Part shown: positions 10,320 to 23,636 of the stretch, one piece after another | Layout of the letters: each line of letters begins with the position of its first letter | Numbering within the stretch: position 1 is the first letter of the stretch | Source of the DNA: the human T2T-CHM13v2.0 reference genome, Homo sapiens | Strand: one strand, 5' to 3' | DNA: 64,000 bases | NCBI RefSeq assembly: GCF_009914755.1 | Contig: NC_060945.1 | Translations under genes and position numbers: made by a program | The notes under the pieces: model-generated | What the model saw: only the letters and a program-made list of their open reading frames with translations | Told to the model about the DNA's origin: nothing | Database searches by the model: none

Positions 10320-13300
10320 CCTGCTCAGGCCACGTGCAGCTCCGGAGGGGACGAAGGTGACACTGTGCCTGGAAGGAGGGGTGGAGTCAGGGCACCTTGG
10401 AAGATGGTCTGCAGGCCTCCCTACCCCACAAAACGAGGCCCAGTGCCGGCCTCCTCCTCGCCACTCAGGACCAAACGCCACCCTGGAGACGAATGCAGAC
10501 CCCAGACCCATCCTCACCCCGTAGCACCAAACTGGGAGCCACCCACACCTGAGCTGCTCCGGAGTCCCCCAGGCCAGGCTGTCACCACCTCCAGGGTCTC
10601 CGAGGCTGAGGGAAGTCTCCAGCCACATGGAGTGATTTAAGTGCCAATCAAAACCAAGTTAATTAACTAATTGACTTACTTTATTAACTAAACTAACAAA
10701 ATTTAGGGTTTGGGGCCACACTAGACTCATGGCACTGCTGGGCAGTATCTGTGGCGGTCAGGGGGCACACCTCACCCCACAGGCCTGAGGGCAGCCCACG
10801 TGCCTGCTGCTGCTCTAGCGGCACCCAGGTGGCCCAGGGAGGGCACAGGCAGGAACGGACGCTGCTGGAGGCCGGGGTCACACCACAGGTGGCCAGCGGC
10901 GGGTGGCTGCAGGTACCAGCCTCAGGTCCCCATCAGCCGCGTGCCCTGGCAGGAGGGCGTGCAGGCCAAGCCCACAGTGAGGGAAGGGCAGAGGGAAAAG
11001 CAGGTGTCCTTGAGGGGGCTGAGAGCAGCCAGGGGTGAAACACGCGTGGGAGGGAGGATGGGATGGAGCCGAGGCCCAGCCCCTGAGCCCAGGGACCCCA
11101 GCATCCCCGGCGGCAGGTTACCCTAGACGAAAGCAGCTGGCAGGAGCCATGAGTGGACCTGACACGTTCCAGATGGAGCACCCCAGACCACAGGACTTCA
11201 TCCACGAGGCAACATGCACCCAACCTTGGGGACCATCCCGCCAGCACCCCCGCCCCACACGGCCAGGGCACGTGGTGGAGCAGCAGCAGCACGAAGCACA
11301 CTCGAGGGCGTGTCTCTTTCAGTCCTGATTCTGCCCAGGAGAAAGGCTCCTCCGGTGCGGGCAAGGGCACGTCTCACCACCACAAATCGTGCCTTTCAGC
11401 TGCGGGGCAAAAGCCTGTCCACTTATCAGAATCATGTCTCCAGGTGCCACGTGGCCCTGGTTTTCCATTAAGGCCTCGGTGTAAAGTTCTCCTTCAAGTA
11501 AGTCAAAAGTGAACTGCCATAAACAAGTGTGTCAGGCGCCCACACCAAGCCAACCCCGTGAGGCCAGGACCTGGCCCTGGTCCCCCACAGGTGCACCTCA
11601 CGTCTGTATCAGCTGACCTCTGCTCCCAGAGGCCAGGCCTGGCAGAGTGCACGTGGAAAGGCCATCTGCTGCTCAGGTGGGGTGGGGATGCAGCGCATGC
11701 AGAGGGCAGCTGAGCAGCCTTGTGGGGCGGGGTCGCCGTCCCATCTGCACTGGGCTGACAGTTGGACAATTGTGCCTCGCCACAGGGCCGGCTTGGGAGG
11801 GTGGCAGGGGGTCTGCAGAGGGTCTGGATTTGAGAAGTCTCCTCCAACCCTCCAGCAGGGGCTCAGAGCATCCCTCGATGTGGGGCCAGCTTTGGGGGTC
11901 CAGGGACCCCTAGGAAAATCTGCCCCAGGCTCTCAGCATTCAGTCTTCACGTATCAGAGACCACTCAGGCTGGAAGTGCTCCCTGAACCGCCCCCAACCT
12001 GACACACAGGCTTAGGAAAAAGGTGGCCTTCAGGGACCAGAGAGAGAGACCCTCCCCAGGCCACTTAGGCAAAGCCATCAGCATCATCTGGGGTCCCGTC
12101 TTGACACCTCTACACACTCATGTCTGTGACAAAGGAACATAGGTGATGGCAGGGAAGCCCTTAAGAGGCAGAGGCTGGTGGGCTTGCAATGGGGGCCGCA
12201 GGGAAGAGGGGGAAGGGTTGGGGGAACCTCGAGGTTTCCGGAGCTCCACGGCAGGGCACAGCTGGGAAGAAGATGGGACCAGCACCCTCCATTGGAGGCA
12301 GCCAGGACCCTAGAAGTTCTCAAAGGGCCAGGATGAAAACAGCCGGCCAGGCAGGAGGAAGCGCAGGCAGGGGCCACTGCCAGGCCGAGGCAGATCTGAC
12401 GGTCGCCTGCCTCGGCCTCACCTTCCACGCCTCCTCAGGGCCTGTCAACAGCTGGGAAGATCAGTGCACAAAGGTTGGGCTCCATCACCAGGGACCCTGA
12501 TGCCCAGAGAGGCCACGGGTAGAGCTGGACATACCTCAGACCGCACCCACTCCTCCCCACTGGGAGACCCATTTGGCCCTGGGACTCCCTGTCAAGTTCA
12601 CTTTCCCACCTGTCAGCAGGTTTAGACAGGCGCACCGATCCCCAGACAACCAGAGCAACCAGATCGCCGCAGACAACGGGGAGCCATCAGGAGCTGAACT
12701 AAGCCCAGGGTCTGCGCCCACAGTCCATGGCCGCAGGAGTCAGATCCCCACCCACAGGACCCCCAGGGGCCCGGGAGCCCTGGGTACTTGGGCCCCCTGT
12801 TCTGAAAGGTGCCACCTCCAGAAGCGACCAGAACATTCCTTCCTTGGAGAGACAGCCAGAGTCTCCGCCAGCAAGGGGCTGCTGCTGGTCTTAACAGTCA
12901 GCCTCTGCTGCCAGCATACTCAACTTATGTGCCGTGAACGTAGCCCACTGACAGAGGCTTGGCCATCACGGCCCAGACCACCTCCAAGAGGAAAGATAGG
13001 GAACTTGGTCACCATCATAGAAACGCAGCCCCAAGCCAGGGGACGCCTAGACTCCAAGTGTCCAGACCCCAGCCCAGTCCCATACAGCTTGAGGCCTCTT
13101 CCCGGCATCTGAAGGAAGTCCCCGACCAGACAGGAGGGCCACGGGGAAGCAGAGAGAATCCCTGCCTTCAGGAGAAGGTTGTAACAGCCCCTGCAAATCC
13201 CCGGCCCCACTGTCCACAGTGACCAGCCCCACCCAGGCCCTGTCCTTCCAAGCACCAGAGAAGGCCAGAGACCCGCAATCAAAACACAAGCAAACGCCAC

Positions 13301-13817
13301 CTATCATTCCGTGTTTAAACCAGCTCCTACTCTGGAAGGCTAACCAAGAATGTTCGTTATGTTTTTTAGAACGCCTGCTAGTTTAAAAAGAAGAAGAAGA
13401 AAGCATTGCACACCCTCCCACCCCTGTTCAGATGACCAAGTTCAGGGTTCCTAACAGCATAATTAGACCCTCCGGCTATCACTGCTGCAGGCCCAAACAC
13501 CCGAGAAGCACTCTTTCTCATCTGTGTCCAGCAGAGATAACTGTACTATCTGGAATTATAAAAATCCACCAAAGCCCCTTCGGAAAGAAAGCAATTAGCA
13601 ATTGCAACAAGCAGTGCACAGGTGGCACCCAGGCAAAGGCGGCCAGTGAGATGCAGCCTGGCTCCCAGGCCTGGACAGGGCAGGCAGGTGCACTGGGCCA
13701 GAGGCACCTCGGCTCTGCTGATTGAATCTGGGCTGTGCGGGGATCCTCGGGTCTCCGTAGGGGGAGGCCACCTCTTTACAGGGCGGCCAACAGGCGCCTC
13801 CAAGGACTTTATCCCAC

Positions 13818-14200
13818 CTTCCCTCTGGATGCATTCTGGATTTCGGGGCCAGCTTAGTTGGCCTGTGTCCTGAGGCCAGGCAGGCCAGACTCCCCAGGAC
13901 AGGAGTTTCCGATGGACAGGACCCTAGGGGGATGGCTTTCCTGCTGTAGCGGTGTTGGAAGGACCCACTCGGGAAAGGCTCCAGCGGCTGTCCAGGCTCT
14001 CTCTGAGACGCCTCGGGATTGCTCCGCTGGATCCGCACCCACAGCTGCTCCAAGGGGAAGTTGCACCTACAAAGCTTCTGGCACAGGAGACAATGGTCTG
14101 GAGATGTGCCAGGGGCCCGCCCCACGCGTGGCTGGCAGGGTTCACCCACCGGCTGGCCCGTCCCGAAGCAACACGTGCCTGGGCGCGAACGCCGGATCCA
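13818..14200 (-). other. SLC19A1: Alternative 5' exon A with in-frame upstream AUG (13834); 5' end approximate
   Basis: Donor GGGAAG|gtggga at 13818; ATG 17 nt upstream plus 49 nt of exon 2 gives 22 codons in frame with the main ATG; CRE/AP-1-like element just upstream. Confidence 0.65.
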
Positions 14201-14372
14201 CGCTTTCCTCCAGACCCGGGGGTGGGACTTGGCGCCCCAGGATGACGCGGAGGGCAGGCTGGGGGCCGGGACTCCCCACCCCATTCGCAGGCTGCGGCGG
14301 AAAGCGAGCGGCGGGAAACCCGCTGCACAGCAACGGTTCTGCCAGGCGCCCGGGCCACCGCGACCCCCGCGG

Positions 14373-14603
14373 AGACCCCGGCCCACGCCCCGCACCCTCC
14401 CCAGGGCCCCCCAGACCCCAGGCTGCAGACCGCAGACCCCGGCCACGCCCCGCACCCTCCCCAGGGCCCCCCAGACCCCAGGCTGCAGACCGCAGACCCC
14501 GGCCCACGCCCCGCACCCTCCCCAGGGCCCCGCGGACCCCAGGCTGCAGACCGCAGACCCCGGCCCACGCCCCGCACCCTCCCCAGGGCCCCGCGGACCC
14601 CAG
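14373..14603. repeat. 61-bp tandem repeat (~3.8 copies) in promoter A
   Basis: agaccccgg recurs at 14373, 14434, 14494, 14555; consistent with the functional 61-bp promoter polymorphism as I recall it. Confidence 0.9.
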
Positions 14604-14730
14604 CGCCAGCCCCCACACTCACCTCACAGGGCCCTGCAAACCTCGGCCCGCGCCCCGCACTCACCCCAGGGCCCCGAGACACCCCGCAGCCCCCGACACG
14701 CGGCCCCGTGGCCCCGTTCCCCACCGGTAC

Positions 14731-14830
14731 CTGCGACTCGGCGGGGCGGCTGCCCTGGGGCTCCCGGACCCGGCCCCGCGCACGCGGACTCCGGGACTAC
14801 AGCGCCCACAAGGCGGCGCGGCGGGCGCGC
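14731..14830 (-). other. SLC19A1: Major non-coding first exon (exon B); 5' end approximate
   Basis: Inside CpG island; donor GAGTCGCAG|gtaccg at 14731; GC boxes immediately upstream. Confidence 0.85.
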
Positions 14831-16499
14831 GGCTGCGGGGTGGGCGGGTCCGTCCCGCCGAACGCGTCCTGAGGGCGGGGCCTCGCGCGTGGCCGGGCGC
14901 TGCGGCAGGAGCGTCCCCACGGGGCACCCTCCCACCCACGGCCGTCTCCCAGCCCCGGCGCCGGCCTCTCCCCACCCGGTCACCGCCGGGGTCACGCGGC
15001 CCCTCGTGCTGCGGCCCTACCCCTGGGGCCGCCCCCTGACCCCGACCGCCCCTCGGGCCCCCACCCCCGCCGGCGTCAGCATCCTGGGGTGCCACTCGCG
15101 GAGGTGTCGGTCCCTCGGGCGGGCACCCTGCCATCCCTCTCCCCCGCGTTCTTCCCACCCCCGGTCCCCTCCTGACCCCCCCTCCTCGACGAGGCCTTGT
15201 GCGTTTTCCTTTTGGCACCCTGGAACACCTGCATTCCTGGCCGCAAGCTGGATCCGGGACGCGGGTCGGGCCCACGCGCCCTCAGGGGTGGCCCTGGGCC
15301 GCCTTCGTGGGGCTCCAACAGGGACACGCACAGCCTGCTCTTGGGGACCGCACGGCCCCGAACTCGGCGCCCCCGGGACCCCGCCGCCCGCCCTCCTGCC
15401 TGACCGTGACCCGTACGGGCTTGTACCAAGGAGCAAGCCGGATCCAGGACGTGGCCCGGGGCCACCAGTCCCCATCCCAGCAGGGACAGCCCGGGGGAGA
15501 CCCGCGCAGGCCTCGCAGACGGCAGCGCAGTCACACTCAGGAAGGGGGGCCTGGGCCACTCTCCCAGGAAGGCGTGGGGCTGCGGCAGACAGCACCGCCG
15601 AAAGCCCAAGGCCTGTGCAGGACACGGGGAGAAGTGGGGGGCCTCAGGGTCACTTTCCCCTGGAGTTACCCAGGGCCTGGCTATGGGGAGGGAAGCCAAG
15701 CCGAGGGCTGTGGGGGCCCCAAGGCTAAGGAGGAGCCAGGAAGTCCACTGCACAGAACAGAAGGGGACGGCCACCGTGGTACCCACAGCTCAAGAGTGCG
15801 GGTCCCAGGCGAGGGGTGAGTCTGGGGCAGCAGCCCCTGGAATGTACCCCTTCCGGAGTGTAGACAGCACAATCCGCGACCTGCCTCCTGGTGTTGCGGG
15901 GGTGCTCTTGGTCTCCCGCCCACCAGCAGGGCAACCCCACCAGGAAGCCAACACAGGGCCCTTGCCCTAAATGGCCGCCTGCCCAAAGCTCTGGCCTGGG
16001 CCTTCTTTCCAGAGTCCTGAGTGTAGCAAGCCACACGAACAAATCTCAAAGGAACTTAAAAAGGATTTGTTGGCTGGAAATGGGGGATCTGGGGTAGCTT
16101 GCAGAATTTAAGGGAACACTACAGGATGGAGCGCCTCACCTGGAGGGACCCCCTGCTTTGTGGGAGCCCTGGCTCTCTCCCCTGTACTGGCCTTCTCCAC
16201 GGGTGGGCAGAACCTGGCCCTGCTGGAAGACAGGAGGGGCAACGCGGAGGAGGAGGGGCCCTTCCTTCCCTCCAGGCAGAGAGGAGCCAGCCATGGGGCC
16301 AGCTCGCCAGGGCAGCCTGCTCCCTTTACACGCAGGACAGGCCAGGAAGCCGAGGGGAAGTGGGGATGAACAGCAGCGGGGCTCCTAGACCCCTTCCCAC
16401 AGAAGGATGGCTCCCACCCCCTTCCCGCCTGGAGACAGCAAGGCAGGGAGCCACAGCCCCAAGGGGACCCCGCAGGACCCACAAAGACCAGTCCCTCAC

Positions 16500-16770
16500 C
16501 TGTCTCTCCGGTCAGGTGTAGCCGAGCGAATCCGCCCCCGGCCGCGAGGGGCCTGCCCAAGCTGCCCTCGGGTCCCCCTGCGTGGCAGGAGTCCTGGGAG
16601 TTCCCCAGCCACACAAGGCCCAGGTTTCCTGCAGGAGCTGCTTCGGAGTGGGGAGGTAGGGCTTCTGCCACCAACAGCACTTGGCAGTTGTAATCTAGAG
16701 GCAGCTGCTCTGAGGGAAGAGCCAGGAGACTCGTGAAGAACTTACAGAAACCTCCATTGAGGACTGCGAG
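16500..16770 (-). other. SLC19A1: Probable upstream alternative non-coding first exon (exon C-like); 5' end approximate
   Basis: Strong donor GACAG|gtgagg at 16500 beside a small CpG cluster, ~1.7 kb upstream of exon B. Confidence 0.5.
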
Positions 16771-17537
16771 GAGTGGCCACAGACAGTGGGGCGTGGGCTT
16801 CCAGAGGGCTCCACCCAAAATAGAGATTTACAAACGCAGGTGACTTGGGAGTGACACTGGCATCTGGGAATGGATCCTGTGCTTGGGCCCTCACGAGCCT
16901 CCAGCGGTCCCCGTCCTTGCGTGTTTCATTATCGGTTTGTCAAATAGTTAAGTGCCTGAGCGTCAGGGATGGCAGGGAGAGCTGGTCCCTGGGAGAAGCC
17001 CTGGGTTGGAGGGATCAGCAGGGGCCCAGCAGTGTGGATCCCGGCCCTCCAGCCTGTAGGCTCCAGCCATATACAGTGATGTCTGGGGGCTGCAGGCCGC
17101 AGAGACCCCTTCCCCTCCTGGAGGGGCTCAGGTGGGCTCTGCAGCCCACCCCACAGCAGTGCCCCATCCCCAGCTCCTGGGCCCCCACTCCCCGGCAGCC
17201 TTAGCACCCATAGTCCAGGCCCAAGAAATCTCTGCCAGAGAATGAGGACCCTGCCCACCCACTGCCTTCTGAGACCAACCGGCCAGTCCTCTGCCTTGGC
17301 TGGAGAGACGCAGGGCTGTCCCTGTGGTTAAGGTCCCCGTCAGCATAGGGAGGCAGTGGCATTCGAGCAGCCCTTTCCCTCAGCTGGTGCTGTTGTGGTG
17401 GCTGTGGCTCTGGAAGCAAGGCTTGGACCAAATGCTAATACATGGACACACATGCACAGAGACACACAGATCCATGCAGACGTGCAGAGACGTGCACATG
17501 CAGATGGACACAGACATGCGCAGACACGCACACACAC

Positions 17538-17950
17538 TGATGTGGTTTGGATTCTCTGTCCCCTCCGAATCTCATGTTGGAATGTGATTCCCAGTGTTGG
17601 AAGTGGGGCCTGGCGGGAGGTGTTGGATCATGAGGACGGATCCCTCATGAATGGCTTAGCACCATCACCTTGGTGATGAGTGAGTTCTTGTTCAGTTAGC
17701 TCACTCAAGAGCAGGTTGTTTAAAAGAGTCCGGGACCCCCCCCTTGCCCTCCCCTCCTCCCACTCTTGCTATGTGACGCTGGCTCCCCGTCACCTTCCAC
17801 CATGTGTGGAAGCTTCCTGAGGCCTCACCAGGAGCAGATGCTGGCACCATGCTTCCTGTACAGCCTGCAGAACCGTGAGCCAATTACACCTATTTTCTTT
17901 ATGATACCCAGTCTCTGTGTTCCTTTATAGCAACACAAAAACAGCCCCCC
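17538..17950 (+). mobile_element. MaLR solo LTR (MST-like) inside a CA-rich tract
   Basis: Begins tgatgtggtttgg; contains gaagcttcctgaggcctcacc...cagcctgcagaaccgtgagccaatta; CA-rich flanks 17440-17537 and 17950-18070. Confidence 0.85.
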
Positions 17951-19635
17951 TCATACGTACACACACGTACAGACACCACCAAGACATATGCACAGATACA
18001 GAGACGTAAACATACAGACATACACATGACACAGAGATACAGAGACATACACATGCATGCTCCCGTGCAGACGGCACCCCATATGCAGGAAGACGGGCGC
18101 GGACCGGCCTGCCATGCCCCAGCATGTGCAGTGAACTGGCCTGCACATGGCCTCAGCCAGTTTTTCCTCCCACATTTCCAGACGTCTCCCCAGTCTCACC
18201 TTGCTGAATGACAGGTGCTTCTGCTCCCATCTGAATCTGCTTGGTAGAGGTGCGGTGCGCCCTGTAAATGCCTTACCTGGCTTGCTGGCCAGTGGGTCTC
18301 TGCTGCAGCTGCCCCTCTCTCCAGCCCCCACTCCCGCCAGGCCTTCGCCCCCACTTTTTCCACGAGCTGACCTCCTAACACTCCCAGCGGCCAGGGGTAG
18401 CCCATCACAAGGGCCTAGGGGCCCAAAGGTCTGGAGAAGGGGGACTGACATGGATGCCCCTGTGTCAGGCCTCCCAGCACTAGCCCCAAGCCCAGGCCTG
18501 CCTGCAGCTGTGGCCCCCATCCTCTCAGAGGCTGAGCCGGGCCACCGTCCTCAGCACCTTGTCTGTGAAGCCAGAAGCCAGAAGCCCTGTGGCAGCTGAG
18601 CGGAGAAGCAAAGCCCAGAGGAAGAAGCGTTGTCCCTGGCCTGCCTGGAGCCCCGGAGCTCCTGGCTTCCGCATCCCCCAAGTGAGCGCAGGTCCCTCAC
18701 AGCCTGTCACAGCCCCACAGCAGTGGGGCTAACCTGGGCCTGTGCCTGCCACACTTCTTCCCTGGAAGGGTGTCCCACCTGGTCCTCTGGGCATGGAGTT
18801 GAATTCTGAGCCCCACTGGGGCCCCGGACAGCGGCCCTAGCAGGCCCAGCCCCTCCCAGTTGAGCCCTGCCTGGCCCAGCAGCAGAACACTGAATCCCGA
18901 TGCCCCCAAGTCTCCCTATAGCCAGACTTTCACAAAATCATGCTTAAATAGCCCATCTTTACTAGGGAAAGGGGGAGGTTTGAACCTCTTTGGAATCACA
19001 GGCAGCTGTTTAGAATAATGTCATCTAACGAAAGAGTGTTCGAAAAACATTAAAATAACCAGTGGAAATCTGGCCTACTGCAAGGTGGAGTTTGAAGCCT
19101 ACACTGCCTGGTCCTCATTTCCAGAACTTGGAGGTGATAACCCTCCTGCCCACAGGTGGAGTGATGTCCGGCTACAGGAACATCCTGCGGTCGGAGGAGG
19201 TTTGCATCAAGCTCCGCCACAATCACAGGCATGCATCTTGGTTGCAAGCAAGCTATCCGAGAAACCTAAGCGTGACATTAGAAGACAAAATGATTGGGAA
19301 GGAAGCGGCAGAGTCTCTGTTCACAGATGATGCAATTGTCAGGGCAGTAAATCCTAACAGGTTATCAAAAATACTAGAAATAAGGGCATTTAGCAAGGTC
19401 ATGAGATACTAAGTCTATATACAAAAGTAATTGTACTTCTATAATCTAGCAACAAATAATTGGAAGACAGAATTTGAAAAACAGTATTTACAACGCCAAT
19501 GAAAATCAGAAAATATCTAAGAATGCATTTAATGAAAAATGTGTAAGTTCTCTATACCGAAAGCTGCAGAACATTACTGAGAGAAATTAGTGAAGAGCTA
19601 AACAAATGGGGGAGACAGACCTTGTTCATGGATTG

Positions 19636-20242
19636 TGTAAACCAAAAATAAACTTCTAAGCCCCCAACCGTCTGAACAGACCACTCCTCTGGGCAAGGGC
19701 ATTCCAAAGTTAACCTGAAAAACTGGTTCAGGCCATGAGGGGAAGGGAGGGATGGATACTCGTCATTATACCTGACCCCCTTTTGGAATTCAGGGAAAGC
19801 CGACCAACTTTCAACGTCAACACAGACCTTAAGTCTGATAAGAATCATTTAGAATCTAGTCTTTGAAGCCTGCGACCCAGAGACTTCATCTGCTGCTAAA
19901 ACTTTGATCTCCACAACCCCTTACTTAACCTAGACATCCCTTTCTATTGATAATAACTCTTTCAACCAATTGCCAATCCCGACATGTTTAGCTTTACCTG
20001 TAACCTGGAAGCCAGCCCCCACCAGGTTGTCCCACCTTTCCACACCAGAGCAGTGTATATCTTACATGTATTTGATTGGTGTCTCATGTTCCCTTAAATG
20101 TATGAGACCAGGCTGTGCCCAGTCACCTTGGACGCATGTTTTAGGATCTCCTGAGGGCTGCGTCAAGGGTCATGGTCACTCATATTTGGCTCAGCATAAA
20201 TCTCTTCATATATTTTACATAGTTTGACTCTTTTCATTGACA
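19636..20242 (+). mobile_element. ERV1 solo LTR (MER4 group) with 4-bp TSD ATTG
   Basis: TGTAAACCAAAAATAAA...AGTTTGACTCTTTTCATTGACA termini; attg at 19632-19635 and 20243-20246. Confidence 0.85.
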
Positions 20243-20824
20243 ATTGGAAGGCTCATTATTAAGGTGAACATTCTCCCCAAATTGATCCATAGATTCAGTG
20301 CAATCCAACAGAGATCTCACAGGCTTATTTCTTAGAAATTGAAATGTTGATTCAGAATTGAGATGGAAATGCAAAAGACTTACAATAGCCAGAACAATTG
20401 TGACTAAGAAAAGTGACGTCGGAGAGCTCAGAGATATGGAGACCAAGGGAAGCTGGTGGAGTCCGGCAATAGGACCACCCACATGGACCACAGATTTCCA
20501 ACAAGGGTGTCCACGTAATTCATTTGGGGAAAGGGTGGTCTCTAGATCACATAGTTCAAGAACAGCTGGATATCCACAGGGGAAGATGAACATCAGACTT
20601 TATCACGTCCCTTTCACAAACACTAATTTGAGACCCAAACTAAAAGCTAACCCTGTCAAACTTGTAGATCTGTGTCCAGTGACACAGGAAGCAAACAAAA
20701 TGCCACACCTGGGAGGAAACATTCATATTCCTTGTATCTGATACAGGACTTGTATCCAGACACGTAAGTGACGCTTACAACTGAGTAATAAGAAAATAGC
20801 CCACTTCTTAAAACACACAAAAGA

Positions 20825-21150
<326 letters not shown>

Positions 21151-21984
21151 TTAAATAAGACGTGAAAATGTACCTAATATCATAAATATCATAATCCTTT
21201 GTCATTAAGGCCTGAAGTACCAAACCACTCCTACTATAAAGGCTAAAATTTAAGAAGCTGACAATACTAAGTGTTGACAAGGCTGTGGAGTAGTATATGG
21301 GGATGTGAAATGTTACAAACACTTTGGAAAACAGTGGGGCAGCTTCTTGTGGAGTTTAACACGTGTCTACTTTATGAACCACAGTTCCACTCCTAGGCAT
21401 CTGTTGAAGAGATGTGAATGCATGATCCCACAAAAGCCCATGCACAGGGGTTGTACCCTGTTCTCATGTAACTGCTAAAAACTGGCAACAACCCGAATAT
21501 CCATTATGGGATGAAGGATAAACACGCAGTACATCCACATAACAGGGACTACTCAGACTAAAAGGAAATAACAACTGAGTGAGTCTCAGCACCCTCGTGC
21601 TGGAGGGGCCAGAGTCCAGCCTGGGAAAGTCCATCTGTAGGGGAGGGAGGCTCCGTCCTGGAAGGAGGCAGGTGAGCAGGTGCCTGTGGTGGAGGCTCGG
21701 GGTCAGTGGAATTGTTCTGTGTCTGATGGGGGTAGAGGTTAATGGTTGTGTTCATCTGTCAGACATGTTTAACAACTGCTTCTAATGGGTGCAATTTATG
21801 GCATGTGAATTGCACCTCGATAAAATTGTTTTTTAAAAGCCTGCACTGCTGGAAGTGGGGGAAAGGCCTGGAAGCAAGTCGAATGCTCCAAGCCCTCTCG
21901 TGTCTCTTGGGAGACAATCCAGGCCTCAGTTGGTTACAAGGGAGAACCCAGAACAGCCTCAGCCTCGGGAGAAAAGGGCAGTGA

Positions 21985-22200
21985 TGTGGCAGGGGAGGGG
22001 CAGGGGGACAGGTAGTGGGTGGTGGGGAGGGGGACAGGTGGTGGGGGAGGGGCAGGGGGAGAGGTGGTGGGTGGTGGGGAGGGGGATAGGTGGTGGGGGA
22101 GGGGCAGGGGACAGGTGGTTGGTGGTGGGGAGGGGGACACTTGGCGGATTGTGGGGAGGAGGACAGGTGGGGGGTGGTGGACGGTGGGGAGGGGACAGCT
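21985..22200. repeat. G-rich low-complexity/short tandem repeat
   Basis: ggggagggggacaggtggt variants. Confidence 0.8.
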
Positions 22201-23139
22201 GGGCGCACACTGTGGCTCTTGGTTGCAGATGGGGTACAGGTCCAGTATGCTCCAGCCACGTAGGTCTCCATGTGACCTCCTTCACATCTTGTCCCCACAG
22301 AGACCCTCATCTCTGCCCCTTCTTAGCCCCAGGGCAGCCCTCCCAGGCTGCAGAGCCCCGAACTCTCTGGCATCTTGGGAACTGTCTCTCCCCGGCCAGG
22401 CTGGCACATGCGGATGTTGCAGCATTGGCCAAAAGTGGACAGTGGGGGTCAGTGTGGGGTACCGCCCACCCCATCCCAGCCCCTCCTGGGCTGCTGTGCA
22501 TCCTGCTCCTGCCCACCCAGCCCAGGCTGGCACCTCCTCCTGGTCTCTCCCACACCCCATGCACCGCCCTGGTCACTTCTGTGGTTTGGGGTGTTTCCCT
22601 CCTGGGGAGGCGCCTCCTGCCTGATGAGACCTCTGAGCCCCAAAGGGTCACATGAGACTGTGTCCCCAGGTGGCAGCTGTTGGTTCTCTCCAGCCCCCAC
22701 AGACACCTCAGGCCCCCGTATGCCAGACCGCTTGGAGATGGGGTCTTCTGTGCTCCCTTCTTCCCATGGGCCACCTGCCACCCCCGTCCACAAGCACAAG
22801 TGAACGTTTCCACGTGGAAAGGGCTGGTTCTCCAGCTGGAATTTCCTTGACTACACGGTCTTATTAGATCCAGAATGGAACTGCATGAAATAAACAGGGA
22901 GATTTGGGCAGGATGGAGCTCAGTTCTCCCAGCCAAGGGGAGACCACAGCCAGCTCTCCATTCACGGTTCAGGATCACAGCAGCCCCGCCGGGAGGCTTG
23001 GCCTTGCAGGCCCCGGGCTTCCGTGGTTTTGTTGCATGCAGATTTCGTCGTCTTCTTCTGAATGTTTCAGTATTCATGTGTTCCTGGATGACTGGCGTTC
23101 CCTCTCAATTTTCACACGCAGTAGTGCAGGGGCGTGCAG

Positions 23140-23400
23140 TCTGCAGACCCCTCTCCTCTCCTCCACCTTCTCAACCTCCCTTACCTCCACACCCATCTCC
23201 CCTCCCTGCCTCCCTCCTCTGCCTTCCTCCCCTCTCCTCCGCCTTTCTGTCCCCTTCCCTCCCACCACCGCCCCCCACCCTCCCCCCCGCCTCCCCACAA
23301 CCCTTCCCCCACCCTCCTCAACCTTCCCAGCACTGGCCCCCGCCTCCATTCTCCTCCCCACAACACCCACTTCCTCCTCTACCTTCCCCCTTGTCTTAGT
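23140..23400. repeat. C/T-rich low-complexity tract
   Basis: Polypyrimidine runs cctcc/ccccc. Confidence 0.8.
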
Positions 23401-23513
23401 CCCTTTCCTGTTCTTCACAGTCCCAGCTACGCCTGGGTTGGTTGCACTCTCTGTTCCTCTTATTTTCTTTCAAGGAACTACCTTTTGGATCTAAAAACTC
23501 AAGTTTTACTTAA

Positions 23514-23636
23514 GAGGCTGAGGCAGGAGAATAGCTTGAACCCGGGAGGTGGAGGTTGCAGTGAGCCGAGACACTGCACTCCAGCCTGGGCGACAAGAGC
23601 GAGACTCCATCTCAAAGGAAAAAAACAAAAAAAATC
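23514..23636 (+). mobile_element. 5'-truncated Alu right arm
   Basis: gaggctgaggcaggagaat...gagactccatctc plus A tail. Confidence 0.9.

Larger units (their letters stand above)
14100..15600. promoter_or_regulatory. SLC19A1: CpG island promoter of SLC19A1 (promoters A and B)
   Basis: Very high CpG density; GC box GGGCGGGG 14873-14880; CRE/AP-1-like TGACGCGG 14243-14250; ACTACAGCGCCCA 14796-14808. Confidence 0.92.

Noticed and set aside
13858-15728. 393-aa and 569-aa + strand ORFs
   Set aside because: Low-complexity Pro/Arg/Gly products of the CpG island
21985-23400. G-rich and C-rich tracts as a long inverted repeat
   Set aside because: Only compositional complementarity, no alignable stem
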